NCBI GenBank assembly: GCA_036557345.1
Contig: DATBHS010000098.1
Coordinates: 8,605 to 72,604 of the forward strand
Reading direction: 5' to 3'
From: Bryobacteraceae bacterium
GTDB taxonomy: Bacteria; Acidobacteriota; Terriglobia; Bryobacterales; Bryobacteraceae
DNA length: 64,000 nt
Each line of letters starts with the position of its first letter. Within the stretch, counting starts at the first letter, position 1. This document shows positions 54,527 to 64,000 of this stretch, piece by piece. Both the position numbers and the translations under genes were made by a program. The notes beneath the pieces were generated by a model, which was not told where the DNA came from, did no database searches, and saw nothing but the letters and a program-made list of their open reading frames with translations.

Positions 54527-57500
54527 ATGCGATTGGTTTTAGCGGCACTGAGCAGACCTCTGACGGTCATTGTCTTCATGATTGCCATTGCACTCTGCGC
54601 CGTACTGGCCGTTGAGCGCATGCAGGTCGATATCTTTCCGACGGTAGGGGAGAAAGCGATCTACGTTGCCCAGCCATATAGCGGCATGGACCCCGCACAA
54701 ATGGAAGGATTCCTGAACTATTACTTCGAGTATCACTTCCTCTACATCAACGGTATTCAATACATCGAGAGCCGGAATATCCAAGGGGCTTCGCTGATGA
54801 AGCTCGTTTTTCAGCCGGACACAGATATGGCGGATGCAATGGCGCAAACGGTGGGCTATGTTAACCGCGCGCGCTCATTCATGCCGCCTGGCACAGTGCC
54901 ACCATTCATCACGCGTTTCGATGCAGGGAGTGTTCCTGTCGGACAACTCACTTTCCTGGGTCGAAATCGCAGCCAGGCTGAGATTCAGAATCTGGCGCTG
55001 AATCGCGTGCGACCGGTCTTTGCTACTTTGCCCGGAGTCTCCGCGCCCCCTCCGTTTGGTGGCAACCAGAGGTCCATCGTCGTAACGCTTGATCCGAACA
55101 AACTGAGAGAGTATGGCGTTTCGCCCGAGGAAGCAACCGCCGCCGTAAATAAGGCGAGTGTGGTTATGCCATCTGGCAATATCCGGATCGGCAATTTCAA
55201 TTTGTTCGCGACGAGTAACAGCATTCTCGGCGCTAACCTTGACGCGCTCATGGGCACTCCGGTTCGAACGATCGAAGGCCCAACTGTGTACTTGCGGGAC
55301 ATCGGAACGGTTGCTGATGCGACCGATATTCTCACCGCCTACGCGCACGTAAATGGAAAGCGCACCGTGTACATCCCGGTCACTAAGCGTGCCAGTGCGT
55401 CCACGTTGGCAGTGATTAACGAAATCAAGGCGGCGCTTCCCGATCTAAAGAAGCTGTTGCCGGAGGACATGGATATTCGCTTTGACTTTGATCAGTCGCC
55501 GTACGTTACGAATTCGTTGCGAGGCCTCCTGTTCGAGGCAGCGCTGGGAGCGGTCTTGACCGGCGTGATGGTGCTCTTGTTCTTGCGTGACTGGCGCAGC
55601 GCCATCATCGTTATCCTGAACATTCCGTTTGCCATTCTCAGTTCCGTGGTTTTGCTTTGGGCTGCGAGGCAGACGATCAACATTATGACTTTGGGAGGAC
55701 TGGCCCTAGCTGTCGGCGTCCTCGTCGACGAGTCGACCGTCGAGATTGAGAATTTACACTCTCATATGGCCTCTGGCGTTCCGCGGGCCAGAGCCGTTGT
55801 GGAAGCCACGCGGCTTACGGTTGTTCCGCGCTTCCTATCCATGCTGTGTATTCTGGCAGTCTTTCTGCCGTCGTTCTTCCTCGCTGGAGTCGGCCGTCAG
55901 CTTTTCGTGCCTCTATCACTTGCGGTGGCATTCGCGATGATCGCTTCGTTTCTGTTATCAAGCAGCCTCGTTCCCGTCTTATCCACCTGGATCATGAAAG
56001 AGAAGCGGCAAGGCGAAGAGCACGTCGGAGTGTTTGGAAGATTGCATGCAGGTTATTCGCGATATCTCAAATCCGCCTTGCGCTTTCGTTGGCCCCTGAC
56101 GCTTATCTATCTTGGCGCTTCTCTCGTGTTCCTCTGGGTATTCCTTCCCCGTATGGGAACGGAAATTTTTCCTGAAGTTGCAGCCCCGCTACTTCAAATC
56201 CGTTTGCGGGCTCCTACAGGCACTCGTATTGAGCAAACCGAACCCCGGGTTCTAAAGGCAATCGACGTGATCACGCAGACGGTCGGGCCTGATAACGTGA
56301 CGATCACAAGCGATTATGTCGGTACACAGCCGGCCAGCTATCCCGTCGATCTGATCTACCTTTTCACCGCCGGCCCCCAAGAGGCGGTAATCCGGGTCGG
56401 ATTGAAAGAAAACGTGAAGGGCGATGAAGCGCTTCGGGAACATATTCGATCGGCTCTGCGGCAAAGTGTCCCCGATCTTCAGATCTCGTTCGAAGCCGGC
56501 GACATCATCAGCCAAGTGATGAGTTTCGGGTCACCCACTCCGGTCAATATCGCCGTGCAAGGGCCGGCTCTCGAAGATGATTACACCTTCGCGAAGAAGA
56601 TCGAGAGTGAACTCGCGAAGTTGACGTTCTTGCGGGACCTTCAGTTTGCACAGGCGATGGACTACCCGACCGCGCATGCCGAGATCGATCGCGACCGCGC
56701 CGGCCAGTTTGGGTTGACTATGTCGAATATCGCGCAATCGTACGTGACTGCGACAGGGTCAAGCCGCTTTACATCGCCGAACTATTGGCGTGATCCGAGG
56801 TCAGGCAACGCGTTTCAGATCCAGGTGCAATACCCACCGGATCGGATGCAGTCATTACAGCAGATGCAGTCGATTCCACTCATGCTCCCGGGACATAGCC
56901 AGCCTTACTTGAGCGATATCGCGACGATTACTACGCCGAAAGTTCCAGGTGAGATTGATCGTTACAACGGTCAGCGAGTCATTGCACTAACGGCCAACCT
57001 GCATGAAGTCCCGCTTGGGAAAGCTCTCACTCCGATTCAGCAAGCGATTCAGCGAGCGGGCACGCCTCCGCGCGGGGTCAGCGTGCACTTGCATGGCGAG
57101 GCTCCCGGGTTGGAGGAAACGATTCGGGGTTTGCGTATAGGCCTTCTGCTTGCCGTTGTCGTTATCTTTCTTTTGTTGAGTGCCAATTTTCAATCATTTC
57201 GGCTCTCATTGGCAGTGATCCTAACAACGCCCGCCGTGCCGTGCGGAGTGTTGATTATACTGTGGCTCACCGGAACCACCCTTAACGTGCAATCTTTTAT
57301 CGGGGCCATTATGGCGATTGGAATCGCTGTCGCGAATTCGATTCTGCTGATCTCTTTCGCCGAGCGCCACCGATTAGAACAGAAGAGCTCGTCTACGGAT
57401 GCGGCGCACCACGGTGCTAGTTCTCGCCTCAGGGCAATATTGATGACCGCTGCCGCCATGATCTGCGGAATGCTTCCAATGGCGCTTGGCCTGAGCGAGG

Positions 57501-57682
57501 GTGGGAATCAAACGGCTCCGCTGAGTCGAGCGGTGATCGGGGGGTTATTGCTTTCCACATTCGCCACGCTCACCGTTCTGCCCGCAATCTATTCGATTCT
57601 TCAGCAGAAAGCCGCTGTCACTTCCGCATCCCTGAATCCAGATGATCCATCGAGCCGATACTATGGACCACAGCATTCGTAA
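54527..57682 (+). CDS. Efflux RND transporter permease subunit
   Basis: 1051 aa with 12 TM helices and two large periplasmic loops. AcrB/CzcA pattern (LGGLALAVGVLVDESTVEIEN). Confidence 0.9.
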   Translation: MRLVLAALSRPLTVIVFMIAIALCAVLAVERMQVDIFPTVGEKAIYVAQPYSGMDPAQMEGFLNYYFEYHFLYINGIQYIESRNIQGASLMKLVFQPDTDMADAMAQTVGYVNRARSFMPPGTVPPFITRFDAGSVPVGQLTFLGRNRSQAEIQNLALNRVRPVFATLPGVSAPPPFGGNQRSIVVTLDPNKLREYGVSPEEATAAVNKASVVMPSGNIRIGNFNLFATSNSILGANLDALMGTPVRTIEGPTVYLRDIGTVADATDILTAYAHVNGKRTVYIPVTKRASASTLAVINEIKAALPDLKKLLPEDMDIRFDFDQSPYVTNSLRGLLFEAALGAVLTGVMVLLFLRDWRSAIIVILNIPFAILSSVVLLWAARQTINIMTLGGLALAVGVLVDESTVEIENLHSHMASGVPRARAVVEATRLTVVPRFLSMLCILAVFLPSFFLAGVGRQLFVPLSLAVAFAMIASFLLSSSLVPVLSTWIMKEKRQGEEHVGVFGRLHAGYSRYLKSALRFRWPLTLIYLGASLVFLWVFLPRMGTEIFPEVAAPLLQIRLRAPTGTRIEQTEPRVLKAIDVITQTVGPDNVTITSDYVGTQPASYPVDLIYLFTAGPQEAVIRVGLKENVKGDEALREHIRSALRQSVPDLQISFEAGDIISQVMSFGSPTPVNIAVQGPALEDDYTFAKKIESELAKLTFLRDLQFAQAMDYPTAHAEIDRDRAGQFGLTMSNIAQSYVTATGSSRFTSPNYWRDPRSGNAFQIQVQYPPDRMQSLQQMQSIPLMLPGHSQPYLSDIATITTPKVPGEIDRYNGQRVIALTANLHEVPLGKALTPIQQAIQRAGTPPRGVSVHLHGEAPGLEETIRGLRIGLLLAVVVIFLLLSANFQSFRLSLAVILTTPAVPCGVLIILWLTGTTLNVQSFIGAIMAIGIAVANSILLISFAERHRLEQKSSSTDAAHHGASSRLRAILMTAAAMICGMLPMALGLSEGGNQTAPLSRAVIGGLLLSTFATLTVLPAIYSILQQKAAVTSASLNPDDPSSRYYGPQHS

Positions 57683-58763
57683 TCTGATTTCTGTTTTCGT
57701 CTTGCTGGTCAGTGCGCAAGCATTTGAGTCAGCGCAGACAATAAAACTCGCAAGAGTGGCATCGAAGCGGATTGTGCGCACGACGGAGCTGCGCGGTGAG
57801 TTCTATCCATTTCTCAGCGTCGAGTTGCATGCGAAGGTATCCGGATATGTCGATAAAGTACTGGTCGATCGCGGAACCGTAGTCAGGCAAGGAGAGTTGG
57901 TAGTTCAACTCAGCGCTCCAGAACTCGAAGCCCATATCGTGCAGGCGCGGGCACAGGTAACTTCGGCCAGGTCGGATGAAACGCAGGCCGAAGCACAGTT
58001 GTCTGCATCGCAAAGCAATTACGAGAAGCTCCAGGAAGCCGCAAAGACACCCGGTGCCGTTGCTGAAAACGATCTCATCCAGGCGAAACAGCAGACAGAT
58101 GCTGCGCAAGCGGTCGTCCGATCTCGCCAAAAAACGGTCGAATCACTCAAGGCCAGCTTAAAATCTCAACAGGATCTGGCCGCCTACCTTCGTGTAACCG
58201 CGCCCTTCGATGGGGTGATCACCACGCGCTACGTCCATCCGGGAGCGCTCGTAGGACCGGGTTCAGACGTCCCGCTCTTGCAACTTGATCAAATCTCGCA
58301 TTTGCGACTCGCCGTTGCGGTACCTGAGGCAGACGTCGCCGGTATCGAAAAGGGGTTGACAGTGGACTTCAAGGTGCCGGCACACCCGGAGCGCGCCTTT
58401 TCCGGTGTGATCGCAAGGCCAGCGCGTGCGCTGGACATGAAGACGCGTACCATGCCGGTGGAACTCGACGTTCGCAATCAGGATGGGCTGCTTGCTCCTG
58501 GTATGTATCCATCAGTGCTGTGGCCCGTCCAGAGTTCCCGAGCTGCTTTACTCGTACCGCCAACTAGTATTGTGACCACCACGGAGCGGGTCTTCGTCAT
58601 CCGCGACAACAATGGTCGTGCTCAGTGGGTAAACGTTCGTAAAGGACCGGCGGTCGGTAATTTCGTCGAAGTTCAGGGCGATCTGAAACCCGGCGATGAA
58701 ATAGTCGAGCATGCAACCGACGAGATCCGTGAGGGCGCCGTACTTAAAAGCACGAAGTCATAG
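57663..58763 (+). CDS. Efflux RND periplasmic adaptor (MFP) subunit
   Basis: ATG at 57663 overlaps the RND gene end. Has lipoyl/hairpin/beta-barrel motifs (VSGYVDKVLVDRGTVVRQGELVVQLSAPEL ... VTAPFDGVITTRYVHPGALV). Confidence 0.85.
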   Translation: MDHSIRNLISVFVLLVSAQAFESAQTIKLARVASKRIVRTTELRGEFYPFLSVELHAKVSGYVDKVLVDRGTVVRQGELVVQLSAPELEAHIVQARAQVTSARSDETQAEAQLSASQSNYEKLQEAAKTPGAVAENDLIQAKQQTDAAQAVVRSRQKTVESLKASLKSQQDLAAYLRVTAPFDGVITTRYVHPGALVGPGSDVPLLQLDQISHLRLAVAVPEADVAGIEKGLTVDFKVPAHPERAFSGVIARPARALDMKTRTMPVELDVRNQDGLLAPGMYPSVLWPVQSSRAALLVPPTSIVTTTERVFVIRDNNGRAQWVNVRKGPAVGNFVEVQGDLKPGDEIVEHATDEIREGAVLKSTKS

Positions 58764-58771
58764 GCGACAAT

Positions 58772-60280
58772 ATGCGGACATCCACAGACCTATCAAAACG
58801 CACTTTCCTGAAAACAATGGTGGGCGGCGCTGCCGGGCTACTTGCAGGAATTCCAACCAGCCCCGCGCAAATGTTGTCGATGAAATCCGCCTCAGAAGGT
58901 GAGCAGAACAGCGGGACGGCCAACTATACACTACACATTGCTGCTACACCGATCGAGATTGCTCCGAAGAAGATCATTTCAGCGGTAACGTACAACGGAC
59001 AGTTTCCGGGTCCCTTGCTGCGCTTTAAAGAAGATCAGCAAGTGACAATCGACGTTTTCAATGGCACCGACACTCCCGAGCAACTACACTGGCACGGGCA
59101 GTTAGTGCCAACTTCTGTGGACGGCGCTGCCGAAGAAGGTACGCCATTCATTCCCGCTCACGGAAAGCGACGCCTGGTTTTTACGCCTCGTCCAGCGGGT
59201 TTCCGCTGCTATCACACACACGACCGTGCTGGGGCAAACCTAGCGGCGGGGCAATACAGCGGACAAGTAGGGCCAGTGTATATAGAGCCGAAGCACGAGC
59301 CCGGGAGGTACGACCGCGAAGTCTTCCTTGTTCTGAAAGAATTTGAGCCCTCCTTCAGCCAGGGTGGCGATATGGCGCAGGATTTCCTGACACCTGCGAC
59401 GACGATCCTGGAACTGAAGGACCAGGGAGAGGCTGCTATGAAGGCATCGCTCGCAAAAGGCACGCCGCATGGCTATGAGGTTGGATACGACTCCTTTACA
59501 ATCAACGGCCGCAAACTGCACCACGGTCAACCGATAAAAGTGAAGCAGGGCGAGCGTGTGCTCTTCCACATCCTGAACGGAAGCGCGACCGAGATCCGAA
59601 GCCTTGGCTTGCCGGGACATACGTTCGAAATAGTCAGCATGGACGGCAATCCTGTTCCAACTGCGAAGCGAGTTCCTGTCTTATGGATTGGCACGGCAGA
59701 ACGTATTTCGGCGATCGTCGAGATGAACCATCCCGGTGTCTGGATTATGGGCGACATGGCCGACGACGACCGCAATCACGGAATGGGCATTGTTGTGGAG
59801 TATGCTCATCGCGCTGGCAAGCCAGTATGGCTTCCACCGCCGCACGGGAAGTGGAATTACACGTGGTTCGGTTCTGCGAAGCCTGCACAAGAGCCCGATG
59901 AAACCTTCGACATGACGTTCACCAAGGTCAATGCGGCCGATCAGGGGTTTAACCGATGGGAAATCAACGGTGTTGCGTATCCGAATACGATGGCTCCGGT
60001 TGCCGCAACTTTCCAAGTCCGAGAAGGCAAACGGTACCGACTACGCATGCGTAACGCGAGCGACGACATCCACCCTATCCATCTACACCGACACGTCTTC
60101 GAACTGACCAGAGTCGCTGGCCAGGCCACCTCCGGGATCATGAAGGATGTTGTGATGGTGGGCGGGTATCAGTCGGTCGAGGTTGATTTCGTTGCCAACA
60201 ACCCAGGCCTCACTCTGTTTCACTGCCATCAGCAGTTGCATATGGACTACGGCTTCATGACACTGTTCAACTATATGTAA
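58772..60280 (+). CDS. Multicopper oxidase (Tat-exported)
   Basis: 502 aa. Tat-like KRTFLKTMVGGAAGLLAG. Copper motifs HWHG, CYHTHD, HPIHLHRH and HCHQQLHMDYGFM. Confidence 0.85.
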   Translation: MRTSTDLSKRTFLKTMVGGAAGLLAGIPTSPAQMLSMKSASEGEQNSGTANYTLHIAATPIEIAPKKIISAVTYNGQFPGPLLRFKEDQQVTIDVFNGTDTPEQLHWHGQLVPTSVDGAAEEGTPFIPAHGKRRLVFTPRPAGFRCYHTHDRAGANLAAGQYSGQVGPVYIEPKHEPGRYDREVFLVLKEFEPSFSQGGDMAQDFLTPATTILELKDQGEAAMKASLAKGTPHGYEVGYDSFTINGRKLHHGQPIKVKQGERVLFHILNGSATEIRSLGLPGHTFEIVSMDGNPVPTAKRVPVLWIGTAERISAIVEMNHPGVWIMGDMADDDRNHGMGIVVEYAHRAGKPVWLPPPHGKWNYTWFGSAKPAQEPDETFDMTFTKVNAADQGFNRWEINGVAYPNTMAPVAATFQVREGKRYRLRMRNASDDIHPIHLHRHVFELTRVAGQATSGIMKDVVMVGGYQSVEVDFVANNPGLTLFHCHQQLHMDYGFMTLFNYM

Positions 60281-60410
60281 CTGCCTTATGTCACTAATTG
60301 TTGTGCCATGAGCTTCTACGCTGTACGGCTTTTGTACGGCGCGAATCTCTCGGCCGACAAGGACCAGGTTCTACGTGAGGCGTTCTGAGCGCTCAAGCCT
60401 CTCTCCGACC

Positions 60411-61601
60411 TCAATGCACCGCTTCAAACAGTCCCGCTGCGCCCTGGCCGCCCCCCACGCACATGGTCACGACTCCATAATGAGAGCTCGGGCGGCGCGC
60501 CATTTCATTCGCCAGGGTTCCGACGAGCCGTGAGCCAGTGACTCCGAACGGGTGCCCGATAGAAATCGACCCACCGTTGACGTTCAGCTTTTCCATCGGA
60601 ACGCCCAGCCGGTCGCGGCAGTAGACCACTTGAACAGCGAAGGCTTCGTTCAATTCCCAAAGGTCTATATCTTCGATTTTCAGGTTGTGGCGACTCAGTA
60701 GCTTCGGTACGGCAAAGACCGGCCCGATTCCCATTTCATCCGGCTCGCAGCCAGCCACCACGAAGCCGCGAAAAATCAATTTGTAGGGGATGCCAAGCCG
60801 GTCGGCTCGGTCGCGCGACATCACAAGCGTTGCAGAAGCGCCATCGGAAAGTTGGGAGGAGTTGCCAGCCGTTACAGAACCTTTGCCGCTGGTCGTATCG
60901 AACACGGGCTTCAGTGCGAGCAAGCCTTCCAGTGTTGTGTCGGGCCGGTTGCATTCATCGCGATCGCAGCAGACTTCCTGGGTACCAACTTTCTCGCCGG
61001 TTTTCTTGTCGAGGATCGCCATTGTGACCTTGATCGGAGCGATCTCATCTGTGAAAAAACCTTCCTGCTGAGCGCGAGCTGTACGCTGCTGGCTGGCGAG
61101 TGAATATTCGTCCTGCGACCCGCGGCTGACGTCATAGCGTTTCGCGACAACCTCTGCTGTGACACCCATCTGCATGTAGAGTCCTGGCTTGCTCTCAATC
61201 TGCAACGGGTGTGGGTCCACGTCCCGCGGCACCAGGCTGATGCTCTCGATACCTCCGCCGATAGCGGCCTCCGCTCCTTCGTGCATGATTTCATGGGCCG
61301 CCATGGCGATCGACTGCAGACCCGAAGAACAAAATCGGTTCACAGTCATTCCCGGAACCGAAACTGGAAAACCTGCCAGCACCGCGGCCCGGCGCCCAAC
61401 ATTCAGGCCCTGCGGGCCATTTGGCTGGGCGCAACCGAGAATGACGTCCTCGATCTCAGTGACCTCCAGCTGAGGCGTTTTGCGCAGGACATCCTTCAGA
61501 CAGTGTGCTGCCAGGTCTTCTGGCCGTGTCATGTTAAACGAGCCGCGAAACGATTTCGCCAGGCCGGTCCGTGAGCTTGCAACGATGACAGCTTCTCTCA
61601 T
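60411..61601 (-). CDS. fadA: Acetyl-CoA C-acyltransferase (thiolase)
   Basis: ATG at 61601 ([13 protein letters not shown]). Active-site contexts are [11 protein letters not shown] and [11 protein letters not shown]. Confidence 0.9.
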   Translation of the reverse strand: MREAVIVASSRTGLAKSFRGSFNMTRPEDLAAHCLKDVLRKTPQLEVTEIEDVILGCAQPNGPQGLNVGRRAAVLAGFPVSVPGMTVNRFCSSGLQSIAMAAHEIMHEGAEAAIGGGIESISLVPRDVDPHPLQIESKPGLYMQMGVTAEVVAKRYDVSRGSQDEYSLASQQRTARAQQEGFFTDEIAPIKVTMAILDKKTGEKVGTQEVCCDRDECNRPDTTLEGLLALKPVFDTTSGKGSVTAGNSSQLSDGASATLVMSRDRADRLGIPYKLIFRGFVVAGCEPDEMGIGPVFAVPKLLSRHNLKIEDIDLWELNEAFAVQVVYCRDRLGVPMEKLNVNGGSISIGHPFGVTGSRLVGTLANEMARRPSSHYGVVTMCVGGGQGAAGLFEAVH

Positions 61602-61658
61602 TCCCAATATTCTCTGACGCTGGAGCATCGACAGTATATACCTACAGAAGAGGATTCC

Positions 61659-63779
61659 ATGCCCGAACTGGTCCGAATCACGCGACACGACGATGTAGCG
61701 GTAATCACGATCGACAATCCGCCGGTAAATGCGCTCAGCCCGGGCGTGCCGGAAGGCATTCAGGCTGCGATTCAGTCCATCGCGTCCCAGCCGGACATAC
61801 AGGCGATTGTCCTGATCGGCGCTGGGCAGACCTTCATAGCCGGCGCCGATATCCGCGAGTTCGGCAAGATCGTCTCCGGCGCGCGCCCGCGTTTGAGCTT
61901 ACTTCCGTATCTGCAGAGCATCGAAGATTCTCTAAAACCGGTTGTCGTGGCTATTCACGGCACTGCTTTCGGTGGCGGGCTTGAAACAGCAATGTCCGGA
62001 CATTATCGGGTTATTGCTCCCACGGCTCAGGTGGGCCAGCCCGAAGTGAAACTGGGCCTGATTCCGGGGGCGGGCGGGACACAACGGCTACCGCGTTTGG
62101 CGGGAGTCGCCAAAGCCGTCGAGATGTGCGCTTCCGGCGAACCCGTTACAGCGCAGGAAGCCGTCGCGCTAGGCATCGCTGACCGGGTTATCGAGGGCGA
62201 TCTGCTCGAAGGTGGGCTTGCGTTCGCGCGTGAGATCACCGGTAAACCGGCACCCAAAACGCGAGAGCGTAACGATAAGCTCCGCGATGCGAATCCCGCG
62301 ATTTTTGCTTATGCGCGCGAGCAGGCAAAAAAGCGCGCGCGAGGTATGACTGCTCCGCTGGCCGCAATCGAAGCGGTCGAAGCGGCCACCAGGCTGCCCT
62401 TTGACGAGGGCTGCAAGCGCGAGTCAGAGTTATTCAACCAGTGTCTCTACGGATCTCAATCCAGAGCATTGATCCATGCATTTTTCGGCGAACGAGCCGT
62501 AGGCAAGATCCCAGGCATTCCGAAAGATACGAAGACATACGACGTCAAACGCGCCGCTGTCATCGGCGCGGGCACGATGGGCGGCGGCATCGCGATGACA
62601 TTTGCCAATGCCAGAATCCCGGTGATCATCAAAGAAGCTGCCCAGGACGCGCTGGATCGCGGCCTGGCGACGATCCGAAAGAACTATGCCAACACGGTCT
62701 CAAAAGGCAGGTTATCCCAGGCGGATATGGATACGCGCCTCGCGCTGATTACTCCGCAACTCGACTATAAGAAGTTTGATCAGGCCGACATCATCGTCGA
62801 AGCCGTTTTCGAAAACATGGACGTGAAGAAGACCGTGTTCCGGGAAATCGACAAAATCGCGAAACCGGATTGCATTCTGGCCTCGAATACATCCAGTCTG
62901 GATGTCGACGAAATCGCAGCGGCGACCAGCCGCCCGCAGATGGTCATCGGGAACCACTTCTTCAGCCCGGCACACGTCATGCGGTTGCTCGAAGTCGTGC
63001 GCGGCAAACTTACCAGCAACGAAGTCATCGCGACGTCGATGGCGCTTGGCAAAAAGCTCGGCAAAGTGGCGGTGCTGGCCCGAAACTGCCACGGCTTCAT
63101 CGGAAACCGGATGGTCGGGCCGTATCTTCGTGAAGCTCAGTTCCTCGTGGAAGAGGGTGCATCCGTCGAACAAGTTAATCAGGCTCTATACGATTTCGGG
63201 ATGCCTATGGGCCCGCTCGCAATGGACGATCTTGCCGGATTGGATGTCGGATGGGCGATTCGGAAGGAGTTCGCACGATTTCAAAAACCGGGCGTTCGCA
63301 AACCACTGGTTCCCGATTTACTCTGCGAGATGGGGCGCTTCGGGCAGAAGACCGGGCACGGATGGTCGCAGTACGACGAAAAACGCAAACCGTCACCGGA
63401 TCCGGAAACGGCTGCTTTAATTGAAAAGACTGCGAGCGAAGCGCGCATCAAACGCCACCCGGTTGCGTCCGAAGAAATCGTCGACCGGTGCATCTACGCC
63501 CTCGTGAACGAAGGCGCACGCATACTGGAAGACGGCATCGCCTTGCGAGCGGTGGATATCGATATCACCTATCTGTTCGGGTATGGTTTCCCTGCGTGGC
63601 GGGGCGGTCCGATGTTTTACGCGGGTACTATCGGCCTGAAAAAAGTCCTTGAGCGGATTGCAGAATTTGAGCGGCAGCATGGGTCGGATCTCTGGTCGCC
63701 CGCGCCGCTGTTGAAGCGACTGGCGGAAGAAGGCAAGACCTTCGAAACGTTCGATCAGGAGAGAGAACGCCAAATTTGA
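61659..63779 (+). CDS. FadB/FadJ-type bifunctional enoyl-CoA hydratase / 3-hydroxyacyl-CoA dehydrogenase
   Basis: 706 aa. N-terminal crotonase ([18 protein letters not shown]), then the NAD-binding [13 protein letters not shown] dehydrogenase part. Confidence 0.9.
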   Translation: MPELVRITRHDDVAVITIDNPPVNALSPGVPEGIQAAIQSIASQPDIQAIVLIGAGQTFIAGADIREFGKIVSGARPRLSLLPYLQSIEDSLKPVVVAIHGTAFGGGLETAMSGHYRVIAPTAQVGQPEVKLGLIPGAGGTQRLPRLAGVAKAVEMCASGEPVTAQEAVALGIADRVIEGDLLEGGLAFAREITGKPAPKTRERNDKLRDANPAIFAYAREQAKKRARGMTAPLAAIEAVEAATRLPFDEGCKRESELFNQCLYGSQSRALIHAFFGERAVGKIPGIPKDTKTYDVKRAAVIGAGTMGGGIAMTFANARIPVIIKEAAQDALDRGLATIRKNYANTVSKGRLSQADMDTRLALITPQLDYKKFDQADIIVEAVFENMDVKKTVFREIDKIAKPDCILASNTSSLDVDEIAAATSRPQMVIGNHFFSPAHVMRLLEVVRGKLTSNEVIATSMALGKKLGKVAVLARNCHGFIGNRMVGPYLREAQFLVEEGASVEQVNQALYDFGMPMGPLAMDDLAGLDVGWAIRKEFARFQKPGVRKPLVPDLLCEMGRFGQKTGHGWSQYDEKRKPSPDPETAALIEKTASEARIKRHPVASEEIVDRCIYALVNEGARILEDGIALRAVDIDITYLFGYGFPAWRGGPMFYAGTIGLKKVLERIAEFERQHGSDLWSPAPLLKRLAEEGKTFETFDQERERQI

Positions 63780-64000
63780 CTTCACGCCGCGTAACTCGAC
63801 AGCAGCTTGAACGCGAACTCGTCCTCTTGGCTGATCCAAAACGCGCCGAAAGTTCGGCTTGGTTTTTTAAGACCGGCAAGGGTCAATACGGCGAGGGCGA
63901 TCGTTTCCTGGGCATCCGGGTCCCGGTGCAGCGGCGGATTGCGCGCAAATACCTCGGCTTGCCCCTACGGGACATCGCGCGGCTGCTTGTGTCACCCATT
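63776..64000 (+). CDS. DNA alkylation repair (AlkD-like HEAT repeat) protein, N-terminal part; runs off the right edge
   Basis: Own translation from TTG at 63776, which overlaps the fadB stop: ..LERELVLLADPKRAESSAWFFKTGKGQYGEGDRFLGIRVPVQRRIARKY. This matches the family N-terminus from memory. Confidence 0.65.
   Translation, partial: MTSRRVTRQQLERELVLLADPKRAESSAWFFKTGKGQYGEGDRFLGIRVPVQRRIARKYLGLPLRDIARLLVSPI

Noticed and set aside
1-64000. tRNA, rRNA or other structured RNA genes, and CRISPR arrays, in the intergenic gaps.
   Set aside because: No T-loop GGTTCGAATCC-like or cloverleaf candidates, and no regularly spaced repeats, were seen in any gap over 100 nt. This was by-eye only, so a tRNAscan, Infernal or minced run would be decisive.

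Overview
High-GC, gene-dense bacterial chromosome segment. The gene content looks Acidobacteriota-like, which is an inference from content only. Most of the window is ordinary. It holds sugar-oxidation modules (Gfo/Idh/MocA, TIM-barrel isomerases, ThuA-like, PQQ dehydrogenase, LacI), an EpsE/F/G-like polysaccharide export trio, GH127 and Maf. It also holds a TonB-dependent siderophore receptor with a PepSY protein, galU, ferredoxin, queD, a DinG/XPD-like helicase and an IorAB-type molybdoenzyme. Further genes are an Na+/H+ antiporter, wHTH-TPR regulators, acs, lpxD, ubiX, a partial atp operon (atpZ/I-atpB-atpE), a PadR-TolC-RND-MFP-multicopper oxidase cluster and fadA/fadB. The stand-out region is 45.7-52.0 kb, a compact five-gene Csm-type (type III-A order) CRISPR effector operon. 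Its Cas10 is drastically reduced: about 490 aa, no HD domain, no CxxC zinc finger, and GGDG in place of GGDD. Its Cas11 carries an Arg/Gly-rich N-terminal extension, while Csm3 keeps its catalytic Asp. I found no CRISPR array, cas6, cas1/cas2 or CARF effector anywhere in the window. The operon is followed by a co-directional ExeA/AAA_22-type ATPase and about 0.8 kb of decayed DNA with no intact ORF. A second gene-decay patch lies at 13.9-14.7 kb. All calls come from reading the translations; no database search was run.
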